A DNA stretch of 64,000 nt, from positions 13,330,001-13,394,000 of the forward strand of contig OX597819.1 of the NCBI GenBank assembly GCA_951406725.2, read 5' to 3'. The DNA is from Octopus vulgaris (taxonomy: Eukaryota). Below, one piece after another: positions 1 through 12,342 of the stretch; position 1 is the stretch's first letter, and every line of letters starts with the position of its first letter. The translations under genes were made by a program, and so were the position numbers. The notes beneath the pieces were generated by a model. That model was not told where the DNA came from. It did not search any database and saw only the letters and a program-made list of their open reading frames with translations.

Positions 1-1213
1 AGATTTGTTTTAATATTTTGTGTTGCTGTTTAAAATTTAGTTATAGGACTCATTATTCAGATCTTTACACTGTGAGTCTATCTGCAATGTTTTGTTGCTG
101 TCGAAGGACATAAAAGATAATTTGAATCAACGAGCAAAAGTTATATACAAAACTACATCTTGCAAGCCACATGGCAAGGGCTAAGTTGAATGACACATTA
201 AGATTATTCTGAAAGCTGTTAAATTTGGCAGTATTTTCTACTGTAATATCATCATCAACAACATACCCATTCGGCTTAGCTGCAAGCTATACATCGAATG
301 AATTCTTCCCCCCCATTCCTTTTCCAACACCATTCTCCCAATTACAACTGATTACCATTTTGACTTTCATCTTTTGGTAAAAGTTCTATTTTGTCAGTTT
401 ATTCGAGCGAACAAGATGGAATTAACTGATGCAAGTCCACTGCATCTATGCGTTTTTGAATTTTCTAAATGGTTGAAAATCGACACTGCGTCCACTGTCT
501 AGAAATACTGTGGTGGAAGGAAGACCGGTAAAGGGGAGAGATGATGTCATGTCAATGAGTGAGAAGAAAAGTTTCCCTCTTTTTCATGCCATCTGCAAGA
601 GAGGTGAGACATGGTGGTAGAGAGGCCATGACAACACTTAATCTGGCGCTACCAGATTTAATACCAAATCACCTATTGGCAGTGAATTATTATTATGGGG
701 ACACTATATTCCAACTGGGTCTTCACCACAACAAATGCACTCTTCCTCTTCCTCTTCACTAGTTGTGCCACTTTAGCGAAATGGGTAACCGAAATTCCAA
801 ATTCAACTTGGGGGCTCTAGGTTTCCTGACAGATGTGGTTGGTTATGGCCTTTCTACAACAAAGGTAGAATGAACTCGTATATGTTCATTCAGTGTTTAT
901 AATTGTTACACGTCTTGTATAAGACTCGGTTCTTGTAAAACATATTTAATTATAGTTAGGATATTGCTGTATTTTTGTGAATTTTTTGAATGAATTAAAA
1001 CCTTTTTAATTTCTATTCCAACATACAAACAAAACCTGGCAGACTATGACAGCCCGGTGATGACATAAAGTCTTACAACATCAGATTACAAACACTTCAA
1101 AGATATCTACCCCAGAATGAGACAGACTGGGTGCAGTTTGAATGCTGATTATTTGGACATTCAGCTTATTTTGGTGACAGTTGTTTTGGTGCAAGAAGCA
1201 CACACACACACAC

Positions 1214-1251
<38 letters not shown>

Positions 1252-1782
1252 GTCTACTCCCAAGTAAGGCTGCCGAATCAGAGACGCCAAATGCGCAATG
1301 CCAAAATGGCTAAGCTGAAATACCCATTTGTTCATTTTTATTTTCCAGTATTCTAAATAGATTAAATAGAGTGTGTTCTAAATATTCGAGTCTCGTTATT
1401 TTAATAGGGGTTGTCGTTGTTGTTTTGATATAAGTCACCTCCAACTGAGTTGTGGCCTGTGTTCACCAGTTGCTCCCCGACTGGTTCGATTTGAACCTAA
1501 ACCGGTAGAAATTTAGAAAAGCTGGCTTATTGGGTCACTGAATCACTTCCTCAAGCAAGAATCTAATTGGGAGGAGAGCGATTACCGTCTGTAGAAATGA
1601 ATCCTACGATGGGGAACGGCCCTTTCCCGCGTCCATTCCTCACCATTCTTCAGGGTAACCTCTTTCATTTTTCATGTTGGGACAACAAAACATTTACAAA
1701 ACTCACTATAGCGTTGTCATATAACGGAGATCCAGTTTAGTTTTCTTTTAGTATTAAACTATGATTTATAAACCAGATGATT

Positions 1783-1994
1783 ACTCTTTACTCTTTTACT
1801 TGGTTCAGTCATTTGACTGCGGCCATGCTGGAGCACCACCTTTAGTCGAGCAAATCGACCCCGGGACTTATTTCTTTGTAAGCCCAGTACTTATTCTATC
1901 GGTCTCTTTTGCTGAACCGCTAAGTGACGGGAACGTAAACACACACCAGCATCGGTTGTCAAGCAATGCTAGGGGGACAAACACAGACACACAA

Positions 1995-2027
<33 letters not shown>

Positions 2028-2199
2028 CATATATACGACAGGCTTCTTTCAGTTTCCGTCTACCAAATCCACTCACAAGGCATTGGTCAGCCCGGGGCTA
2101 TAGCAGAAGACACTTGCCCAAGATGCCACGCAGTGGGACTGAACCCGGAACCACGTGGTTGGTTAGCAAGCTACTTACCACACAGCCACTTCTGCGCCT
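1783..2199 (-). mobile_element. tRNA-derived SINE family A, full-length copy
   Basis: The - strand reads A-box TGGCTGTGTGG, B-box GGTTCAGTCC, CORE-like CTTGGGCAAGTGTCTT, an internal (TA)n/(TG)n tract and the tail GGTGCTCCAGCATGGCCGCAGTCAAATGACTGAA. More than 15 homologous copies or fragments occur in the window. Confidence 0.9.
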
Positions 2200-2339
2200 A
2201 CATTTTTTCTAAATCTTAGACTTCATAAAAAATTTATTTTTCTTTATCTTTACGCTTAAAGTGTATCAGTGAAATGTTACTTTTCATACGAAATACGCCG
2301 GCTTTTATTGCTTTTTTTTGTTGTTTTTTTTTTCCACTT

Positions 2340-2819
2340 GATCTCCAATGCGTGACGAAATGAAAAAAGCTTGGGAGCTGTTGTTATATGCCGTAATTTA
2401 ATTACAAGAAACACAACTGGCACCATAAGAAGAACGAGAGAAAAACAGATTGTATTGAGGAAGCTTTGAATCAGTGACTTGATAGGTGGTTTGGTGAGTT
2501 CGTTTTACCGAGATCGAATCCTCCCACCCGAAAAAAAGTACATTAATTAATTCCTGCTGTACAACCAGCTTCCGACAGACGCCTACTGCGTTTCCACAGC
2601 AACTGACAAACCATCTGCGATTGCTGTTTATTTCCATTCTGTCCATCCGTACTACGTATTCAAACCTCGTTACGTTTCTCTCATTCATAGATCTCTCCTT
2701 CACATTTCATCCTGCGCATTTCAGCAGCACCTTGCTCCTCACTCCACGAATTATTATACTCGGATTTATTATCTTTTTACTATTATTATTAGCTGCTGCT
2801 ACGACGGGAAGATGGGCGA
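2340..2819 (+). promoter_or_regulatory. Putative promoter and 5' exon of the TMEM63 gene
   Basis: Unique CpG-retaining sequence ending in ATGGGCGA|GTAAGT (consensus donor at 2820). It is on the same strand as the TMEM63 exon at 54239, whose acceptor needs an upstream exon. The left boundary is approximate. Confidence 0.5.
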
Positions 2820-3137
2820 GTAAGTATTTTATATATATGACTGTAAAGACTAAAATGTTATTTATTTTTTTTTTTTTTACTTGTCGACCAGAAAACCAAC
2901 ATAAAACATGTTAATTGCATGAATAAGCCAGGCGACGAAGAGACACATTTTAAATGCAGACTTAGAAAAATTACGCCAAACAAATAAAATGCATTTTTGT
3001 TTTATCTAAAGCACTTGCTTTATTCATAAACTCACCACTCCCATAATTATATCGTATACACACACACACATATGTATATATATATGTTAAACCAATTAAT
3101 TTCTGTGTATATTTTGGGGGCCAAGAATTTATATCGC

Positions 3138-3168
<31 letters not shown>

Positions 3169-3216
3169 TCGTTCTGTGAATATATGTATACCTGTATCAA
3201 TGTGAATACTTATGTC

Positions 3217-3267
<51 letters not shown>

Positions 3268-5425
3268 TGAATCATTATAATAATTTTACCAGTGGAAGTC
3301 TGAACAATTTCTTGTTTTTCCGACTCATTGCTGTGATATTTACTTTTTATTTTCTTTAAGTCGAACTCGAGATAAAAGAAATGTCAAAATATTAAATACT
3401 TCTGTCTTCGCCACATTTTAAAAATTCCTGTTATCCTACAACAACAATATTTATCCGTGGCAAACTTTACACTGTCTTCGTTCAAATTTCATCTTCAGTT
3501 TCCTATCAACTTCGTCAGTTTCTTATTTGTTTTGTTGCAAATTCCAGTTTTACTAAGATAACATTAGTAACTAACATTTAGTTATAAAACAGACATCAGA
3601 TTAATTTGCTTTATATTATTGTTGTTGTTATTTTATTTAGTATGTCTCTCTCTCTCTCGTATGTATTTCAACATACTTTACTCTCTCTGCTGTGTCAAAA
3701 TCCTTTATCGTTGCTGTACGTACTCCCACACGTACACAAGTATCTGTGTGCGAATATGTACTTTTACTTTTTAATTTCATTCTCAATTCCTTTTGATAAT
3801 GTGTCAGTGTTTTTTTGTTTGTTTCGCTCCGTCTGTCAACTCGTCATTAATAACTTCCAAGTGTCGTGTCTTTATAGAACAACGGGTCGTATTCCAAGGG
3901 TCCTGCTTTCGTCGATGCATACTAGACCTAATGATAAATTTATTGTTCATCCTACAAACTAACGAGTGGGGTGCATTTTCCCTCAGATTGCTCCCTACCG
4001 TCTTAAATAAAGAAACGATAGTGTAGTGCTTACAACCAACAGACAAGATGAGCATGGCTGGAATGGTTTTGATTACAGGCCTGTTTGCTCATGTTTTGCC
4101 TATGGTTAAACAACAACAACATATTCGTCAGATACCGACCTACGCACTGACGTAGTACAACACAAATTAGTTTAATGACCAATGTTTTTCTTTTTCTTTT
4201 TTTGGTGGGGTGGGCATGGGAAGTTAAGTGCTATGGACATGATACTGACCGTCTCTCTGAATTACGATACCATGCTAATAATCGATTACTTAGGAAGGCA
4301 CGCAGTCTGCATTTTATGAGAAAAACAATAGCGTGACATACTTGGTTTGTCTTTGTTGATCAGACACGTGATCAAAATCGTTCCAGCCGCGACCATCCTA
4401 TCTTATTTTCTAATAGAAGATATTTAAAACTACATCATTCAAAGACGAATGAGTGTGATTTGGGGGTATTTGACTATTATTACTGGCAAGTTGTGTGTCT
4501 ACGTCGAGGCTCCCTAGTTTTAAAGGGTGTTTTGCAATGTAATGTCGTGCGTGGGCGATTCTAATAACGGGGGGTTTCTGTTGTTGAAATCCGCGAAGAC
4601 AGAGGTCAGTTAACAACTGAACTGTACAGAGGGAAAGGCGGGCGCACTCGCTCTTTGTTGAATGTATTATATCATACGGCAAGGGCAGCCGCTATAAAGG
4701 AAAGTATTACGCGACCCCAGGTGATATAAAAGTGCAAATAACGAGCTGAAATATCAATGAATGTAGACTCCATTGTTTTACAAGACAGGTGCATGAATCA
4801 CGACTGCAAACAACTCACAACTAGTTTAATAATCCGCCAAACTCAACCAATGTATCAAGCGTATTTTGTCATTGTCACGCGGCGGCTCTAGTTTGAACAT
4901 ATGTTTCATTCATCAACGTCTGTTCATTGTTCTGTTGCTTCGCTAATTTCTATACATTTGCCGCAATTTTGTTTTATGCTCCTGTTAACTCCGCACCCAT
5001 CATATTAGCCTTGATCAACTGACTTACGATTAGACATTCCAACCGTGACACCTATTTTTTAAGACAATTTTTGGAGACTACATTATTCCCAGTGCGTGCT
5101 ATTTCATAATCAAGGTGTGATTTGAAGGAGATTTGGTTGTTATTTCTAGCTGACCTAGGAAACAGAAATACTACATAGACCTCGATCGGTTTGATATTGG
5201 CCAGTTCTTATTCTTTAGACCCAGTCAAAGTGTTCTAGGATCAAAGATAGTTGTGATGATCCCATCTTTAATTCAAACCTACTGTCTTTGGGACTACATT
5301 ACCCAACGTCTCCTTTATTGAGCTGGTAGGGTGTGTGTGATTTGCGGCAGATTTAGCTGTTCTAGATTAAGCGACTGTCTAGAAGGTTCTCTAGAAAGAA
5401 AGAAAACAAAATTACAGGTGTAGTT

Positions 5426-5959
5426 ACAGGTGTGGTAAGACGTTCGCTTCCTAACCACACGGATCCAAGTTTAGTCCCACTGCATGACCCCTTGGGCAAG
5501 TGTCTTCTATTATAGTCTCAGACCAGCCAAAACCTTGTGAGTGAATTTGGTAGATGGAAACTGAAAGAAGCGTGTATGTATATATATATATATATATAAT
5601 ATAATATAAATATAAGAGAGTGTTCACTATATTGATCACTCTGTAGGTTTCAACCACGAAATACATGTTTATATATATATATATATATATTGTTTCGCTA
5701 TTAATGAATTAAATGTAATTAATTAATATATATATATATATATATATACACCATGTTGATTCGCTAGCTTCTGCACGCATTTTTTCCCCTCTCCTTGTTT
5801 CTCTCCGTGTTTCTTTTCTGTGTATCTTTCTGTTGAAGAGCGTAGGCTCGAAACGTAAAAGACTTGTTTTATTTATATTCCTGAGCGCCATACTAATACA
5901 ATTGTTTGTTTGTATTCCACCTGCCTTCGTATGTTGTTTATTTTCATAAAGCTTCCCGT

Positions 5960-5992
<33 letters not shown>

Positions 5993-6190
5993 CTGTCTGT
6001 CTGTCACCCCCCCCCCCACACCTCTTGAGAACCGGTGTTGGTGTGTTTACAACCCTGTGGCTGAACTCTTTCGCGAAAGAGACCAACAGAATAATTCCCA
6101 GGCTTGTTAAAAAATAAAAAAAAAAATATTGGGTCTTCAAGGTGGTGCTCTAGCATGGCTGCAGTCTAACGACTGAAACAAGTAAAAAAC
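5426..6190 (+). mobile_element. SINE family A copy interrupted in its (TA)n tract
   Basis: Head at ~5426-5575 and tail at ~5985-6190, separated by inserted sequence. Confidence 0.8.
5749..5960 (+). mobile_element. Penelope-like pLTR fragment with minimal hammerhead motif (5825-5862)
   Basis: tcttt-CTGTTGA-A-gagc(gtag)gctc-GAAA-CG-TA-aaaga, with both stem I and stem II pairing. Flanked by (TA)n. Confidence 0.6.
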
Positions 6191-6302
6191 AAAAGGACAC
6201 CCAAGGTGTCAGCAACGTATAATTAGATGACAACGATTTCTTCAAGTAACGTTGTCCAGTGATTGAAATAACTGTTCAAGCTGAGCCTATTTAATTCTAC
6301 AA

Positions 6303-6700
6303 AGGCAGCGAGTTGGCAGAAACGTTAGCACAGCGGGTGAAATGCCTAGCGGTATTTCGTCTGCCGTTACGTTGTGAGTTCAAATTCCGCCGAGGTCGAC
6401 TTTGTCTTTCATCCTTTCGGGGTCGATAAATTAAGTACCAGTTACGCACTGGGGTCGATGTAATCGACTTAATACCTATGTCTGTCCTTGTTTGTCCCCT
6501 CTGTGTTTAGCCCCTTGTGGGTAATAAAGAAATAGGTATTTCGTCTGTCTTTGTGTTCTGAGTTCAAATTTCGCCACAGTCAACTTTGCCTGTCATCCTT
6601 TCAAGGTCGATAAATTAAGTACCAGTTGCGTACTGGGGTCAATCTAATTGACTGGCCCCCTCCCCCAAAATTTCAGGCCTTGTGCCTAGAGTGGAGAAGG
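6303..6700 (+). mobile_element. tRNA-derived SINE family B, dimer (B1 tail plus head-truncated B2)
   Basis: A-box-like TGGCAGAAACG, B-box GAGTTCAAATTC and central CTTTCATCCTTTCGGGGTCGATAAATTAAGTACC. A second unit restarts at GGTATTTCGTCTG (~6535). Confidence 0.85.
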
Positions 6701-6849
6701 ATATTTATCTCAATTATCCGACTCCATCAATTATATGTCAAGATTTATGAAAGGATATTTCCTTTAAGTGACCAGTTATTTCACTGAGAAATCAATATCC
6801 CTTAATGAGTTCTACTCAGATCACATATTGGGAGTCTATGATTTAGTAT

Positions 6850-7070
6850 CTCTTTACCCTTTTACTTGTTTCAGTCATTTGACTGTGGCCATGCTGGAGC
6901 ACCACCTTTAGTCAAGCACATCGACCCCAGGACTTACTCTTTGTAAGCCTAGTACTTATTCTATTGGTCTCTTTTTTGCCGAACTGCTAAGTTACAGGGA
7001 TGTAAACACACCAGCATCGGTTGTCAAGTCATGTTGGGGGGGGGGGACAAACACAGACACACAAACATAT

Positions 7071-7137
<67 letters not shown>

Positions 7138-7325
7138 CATACATACATACATACATATATACAACGGGCTTCTTTCAGTTTCTGTCTACCAAATCCACTC
7201 ACAAGGCTTTGGTCCACCCGAGGCTATAGTAGAAGACACTTGTCCAAGGTGCCACACAGTGGGACTGAACCCGGAACCATGTGGTTAGGAAGCAAGCGGC
7301 TTACCACACAGCCACTCCTATGCTT
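6850..7325 (-). mobile_element. SINE family A
   Basis: Full-length homology to the 1783-2199 copy. Confidence 0.9.
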
Positions 7326-7359
7326 ATATCTTTTAATGATATTTTATAATTAATTTGGG

Positions 7360-8154
7360 AAAAGCATGTGGCTTAGTGGTTATGGTATTTGGCTTACAAT
7401 CAAAAGGTTGTGAGTTCAATTCCCAGCAGTGTGTTGTCCTTGAGCAAGACACTTTATTTCATGTCTCTCCAATCTACTCAGTTGGCAAAAATGAATTGTA
7501 CCAGTAATTCAAAGGGGCCAGCCTTGTCACATTCTGTGTCATGCTGAATCTCCCTGAGAATTATATCAACCCTTTCGTTACCGTATTTCTGTTGAGATGC
7601 TCTGTGTTTCTTTCAATTAATTTTAAATATAACAAAGAATTTAGTAAAAATATCATTCAGCTAGTGTCAGGAGCATAAATTGTGACGAAGGTTTGGTGGA
7701 AGATTTTAATTTAAAACTTATGAAAACAAGACATTTGTACTAAAGAACCAGAGCTGGTTTCAGCCAGGTTGGTAACAAAAGGGTTAAGAATTGTTTCTCT
7801 ATTATATATTTTAACCCTTTTGTAACCATATTTCTGTTGAGATTTTCTGTGGTGTTTCTTTCTATTGATTTTAAATATAACAAAGAATTTAGTAAAATAA
7901 CTTAGTTATCATTAAGCTGGTGTTAGGAACATAAATTGTGACTAAGGTTTTGTGGAAGATTTTAATTCAAAACTTATGGAAACAAGACATTTGTACTCAG
8001 AAGCCAGAGCCGGTTTCAGCTGGGTTGGTAATAAAAGGGTTAAGGGTACACACAACCGTGGAGTGCTCAGCCACTTGCACATTAATCTCATGAGAAGGTT
8101 GTTCCGTTGATTGGATCAACTAGAATATTCATCGTTTCATACGATGAGGTGCCA
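7360..8154 (+). mobile_element. tRNA/CORE-type SINE family E split by a MITE dimer
   Basis: Head TGTGGCTTAGTGGTTA...GAGTTCAATTCC and CCTTGAGCAAGACACTT. The tail resumes at 8044 (GGGTACAC...). An uninterrupted paralog lies at 58256-58575. Confidence 0.8.
7570..8039 (+). mobile_element. piggyBac-type MITE family 1, tandem dimer (7570-7783, 7815-8039)
   Basis: TIRs CCCTTT(C/T)GT(T/A)ACC...GGTAA(C/T)AAAAGGG with TTAA flanks (leftmost decayed to TCAA). Confidence 0.85.
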
Positions 8155-9104
8155 TTTTTATTTTTAACTTGGGGAAAATTTAGTCTCAATGGTATTCCCA
8201 GCTGGAATTACAGTCATTTCATTTCCTTTAGTGCTGATAGAATTTGTGGTTAACAAAAACAAACCTGTTTTGGTTTGAATATGGATTTAATTCCTGCACT
8301 GTACTGTTCTACATCACTTTGTCCAAAACTGATAAAGATCATCTCCTTCAGGCATGTCAACGCTTCCAACCTTGTTTGAAGCAGCCATTGATGCTAACAG
8401 CAGATTCATTGAATAGGTGGGATAAAAGGATCCTCAAGATTATTTCTAGCAACTTGTTTCCAAATACAGCTTTTCTTTGATAAGCATTTCTTGTCTAAAT
8501 TCATACAAATGACCTCAAAAAACCTAATACACCCCGTACACCTCTAAACACAACAACAGGCCAGTTCTGTTTCTCCCTCGCTCTTACTTTCACCCTGCCA
8601 CAGCACACACACACACATTGTCAGGAATCAACTCACAACTGATTACTATTCTCTAAGTTTTGGGCAATCCAAGAGGAAAAGATAGCTGAGACTACCATAA
8701 TGATATCTAAGCAAGAATGTCCAATGAGAATTTCACAGTGTTGGAACATACCTTCATCTTGAGTGGCTTGAAGCTATTTGGGCGGCAACTTAGAAACAGC
8801 CATTTAAAGTCTTTCAGACACACACACATCATTAAATAATGCGGGTGGATGTGTGTGAGTGAAATGTTTTTTGATATATTCCTCGCATCCACACACATGG
8901 AAAATATCCTCCAGCATAGAATCTTCACCAGACACAAGAGGTTTGCTTTCGTTTGGTTTCGTATTTCAGATGGAAATACACCATCCATGTATTTCAAAGA
9001 ATTTGTAAGATTTTGGAAAGTAACCTTTTAACTAAGCTGATGTTTGGAACAATTTAATGAGTGCTTCTTTCTTAGAATTATGATGTAAGGTTTTACTTTA
9101 GATA

Positions 9105-9480
9105 TTCTTTTATGTGTTCCAGTCATTTGACTGTGGCCATACTGGAGTGCCACCTTAAAGGGTGTTAATCAAAGAAATTGATCCCAGGACTTATTCTTTG
9201 TAAGCCTAGTATTAATCTATCGCTCTCTTTTGCCAAAATGCTAAGTTACAGGGACATAAACACACCAGCATTGGTTGTCAAGTGATGGTTGCGACACACA
9301 CACACAAAATAAATAAATATATATATGATGGGCTTCTAGTTTCCGTCTACCAAATCCACTCACAAGGCTTTGGTTGGCCTGAGACTATAGTAGAAGATAC
9401 TTGCCCAAGGTGTTACACAGTGGGACTGAACCCGGTACCATGTGGTTGGTAAGCAAGTTACTTACCACACAGCCACACCA
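9105..9480 (-). mobile_element. SINE family A (diverged)
   Basis: Homology to family A head and tail. Confidence 0.8.
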
Positions 9481-10705
9481 AACAAGAAACTATAAAATTA
9501 GAGATTTTTGTATTACAAAACCAGTGGCAATTTCAGGTGGGTTGGTATAAAAGACGAGGAGAGATCAAAAGTTGTGAGTCTCAGATCTTTTCTGTCTCCT
9601 TCCCTGTGCAGTAGACTAGCATCAGAGAGAGAGAGAGAGAGAGAGTGTGTGTGTGTGTGTGTGTTGTCTATTCTGTTTGATGGCTACAACATCATCATCA
9701 TCATTTAGCGTCCGTTTTCCATGCTAGCATGGGTTGGAAGGACATAGGTATTAAGGACAGACATAGGTATTAAGTCGATTACATCGATCCCAGTGCGTAA
9801 CTGGTACTTAATTTATCGACCCCGAAAGGATGACAGGCAAAGTTGACTATGGCGGAATTTGAACTCAGAACTTAAAGACAGACAAAATACCGCTAGGCAT
9901 TTCACCCGCTGTGCTAACGTTTCTGCCAACTCGCTGCCTTTGTAGGAAAATAAATACTGTAGGACGTTGTGCTAAAAGGTTGCTCTGTTTAAAGTGGTGT
10001 TGAGTATTACTTGAGTTGTAGATTAAACAATTACCATTTTATAGTTCTGCCTCTCTCCTGAGTTAAAATCCTGATGCTGGAGGCCAACTTTATCTGTCCA
10101 AGGTCAACAAGATGAATAAATAGCTAACAGACGGTCTATACCCTCCCTTATGAAAGTGTAACCATTGTGTCACTCTAAAAGACCAAGATTATCTTATAAA
10201 ATGGTAGAATCTAAGGAAATTGGTTGTGTTTTGTGAGAGAAAATGGTAATACAGAGAGGTGAAACAGTGGGAAATTGTTGTGAAGAATTTTGGTACTATG
10301 TATAGAAGCCTTTGTTTGAGATATTGTGCCTACTGGTGTTGAAAGATAAAACTTTCTTCCAGTATATTTATCCAACATTAGTAGACCATTCATTTTTACC
10401 TGATATTCTCTTCTTTCTCACAGTATAGCATTTATTCCATTATTTGAACTGTTAACATTCATCACCATGATTTTTACTTCTACTTTTTCATGCTGGCATG
10501 GATTAGATGGGCAGTCACTTTCTGAGTCAGTTCCCACATGGAGTTATTTCCCTAATAGATTGTTCAGAGCCTCACCTCTTGCTTCAACATTCTACTTTAC
10601 TATGATTTCTATGACTGGATGTCCTTTCTAACATCAAACACTTTACAGAGTGTATTAATGTATTAGATTATGGCACCAGAATTGTTTCTCTATTATATAT
10701 TTTAA

Positions 10706-10927
10706 CCCTTTTGTTACCATATTTCTATTGAGATGCTCTGTATTTCTTTCAATTAATTTTAGATATAGCAAAGAATTTAGTAAAATAACTTAGTTATGAT
10801 TGAGCTAGTGTTAGGAACATAAATTGTGACCAAGGTTTAATGGAATGTTTTAATTCAGAACTTTTGAAAACAAGACATTTGTACTACAGAGCCAAAGCTG
10901 GCTTCAGCCAGGTTGGTATCGAAAGGG
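10706..10927 (+). mobile_element. piggyBac-type MITE family 1
   Basis: TTAA|CCCTTTTGTTACC...GGTATCGAAAGGG|TTAA. Confidence 0.85.
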
Positions 10928-11481
10928 TTAAATGAGGAAGGCTCTGTGAGAACAATGGAATGGAAGATGGAGTTGTTTAACCTGAGGTCAGTGATAATCA
11001 AGAAGATCAATAACCCAGGGATAGTAAACTGAACAGTGACCCAGAACAACCCACTGACCATTCCTCTGCCTAGCTCTGATATTCAATGTTGAATCTTACA
11101 TTGAGAGAACGGTTTCCAACATGAGGGGTTTTTGCAAGGAATGTAGAAATCACAGATTTACAAGTGCTTGCTGCATTGTTTTAATTGTATTAATTAATTG
11201 TATTTAATTTAATTAAGCAAAAATCAACACATTCCAATAAATTAACCCCTTTATTACCATATTTCTGTTGGAATGCACTTTTTCTATCAAGCTGAAGAAC
11301 ATCATTGTCTCCCTCATTTTACACCCACCCCTCATATGTTTAATTTTTGAACATATAGTCCCAACATTAAAATGGACTAAGGATTTGTGTGTGGAGGACA
11401 CAGAATTGGTTGGCAGAATTCTAACAGTAAGAAACTTACAACTGAAGAATGTTGTTGCCTTAGGTTTGACTTGTTGGATTA

Positions 11482-11874
11482 AGGGGGGAGGGGAAGCACT
11501 CCGTCGGTTACGATGACGAGGGTTCCGGTTGATCTGAATCAACGGAACAGCCTGCTCGTGAAATTAACGTGTAAGTGGCTGAGCATTCCACAGACACGTG
11601 TACCCTTAACGTAGTTCTCGGGGATATTCAGTATGACACAGAGAGTGACAAGGCCGGCCCTTTGAAATACAGGTACAACAGAAACAGGAAGTAAGAGTGA
11701 GAGAAAGTTGTGGTGAAAGAGTACAGCTGGGATCACCACCATCCCTGCCGGATCCTCGTGGAGCTTTAGGTGTTTTCGCTCAATAAACACTCACAACGCC
11801 CGGTCTGGGAATCGAAACCGCGATCCTACGACCGCGAGTCCGCTGCCCTAACCACTGGGCCATTGCACCTCCAC
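11482..11874 (-). mobile_element. tRNA-derived SINE family C
   Basis: Head TGGCCCAGTGGTTAGGGCAGCGGACTCGCGGTCG...GGTTTCGATTCC. A 13-bp TSD ACTTGTTGGATTA sits at 11469 and 11875. Confidence 0.85.
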
Positions 11875-12342
11875 ACTTGTTGGATTAGTCCTTTGGTCAA
11901 AGAATTCTAGCTTTGACTATCTTGTCTTTTACTTCCAGGCTCAGCATATTTGAACCATATTTTATATAATGGTAGAGTAGTATTGAAGTGAGATGTAACT
12001 GCCGTTTCTAGCAGATTGAACAACCCTCACAAGGTTTGGCAAGTTATTTATATCGTATACTCACTCCTACTCACTGACGTCTTTCTGCATTTTAACATAG
12101 GAATATTCCGACCTCAGGACAAACACGTCTCTCTCCAATTCATAATAGTTCCAACATATAACATGAACAGGTTTTGTACAAATTATTTCGAAGATTGATT
12201 ATTGCAGTTGTTGTTTTAGTTTCAGGTCAGCCATGCTCAAGTAGACCTTTTATAATCAAAAACACCAGCTGTGACCATTCCTGTTTTATTTTCAGACCTA
12301 GCTTAGATTAATCTGAATTATACAGTACTCTCTCTCTCTCTC

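Noticed and set aside
1-620. Exon of a divergent - strand gene
   Set aside because: Unique sequence, but with only a 43-codon ORF and no recognisable motif or splice support.
1761-2219. Recurring ORFs ending ...YQIHSQG...EDTCPRCHAVGLNPEPCG as a CxxC gene family
   Set aside because: They are the antisense translation of SINE A heads, with variable frames and microsatellites.
8830-9031. Coding-like fragment (KGYFP...EDIFHVCGCEEY on the - strand)
   Set aside because: It contains a stop and I cannot assign it to a family without a search.
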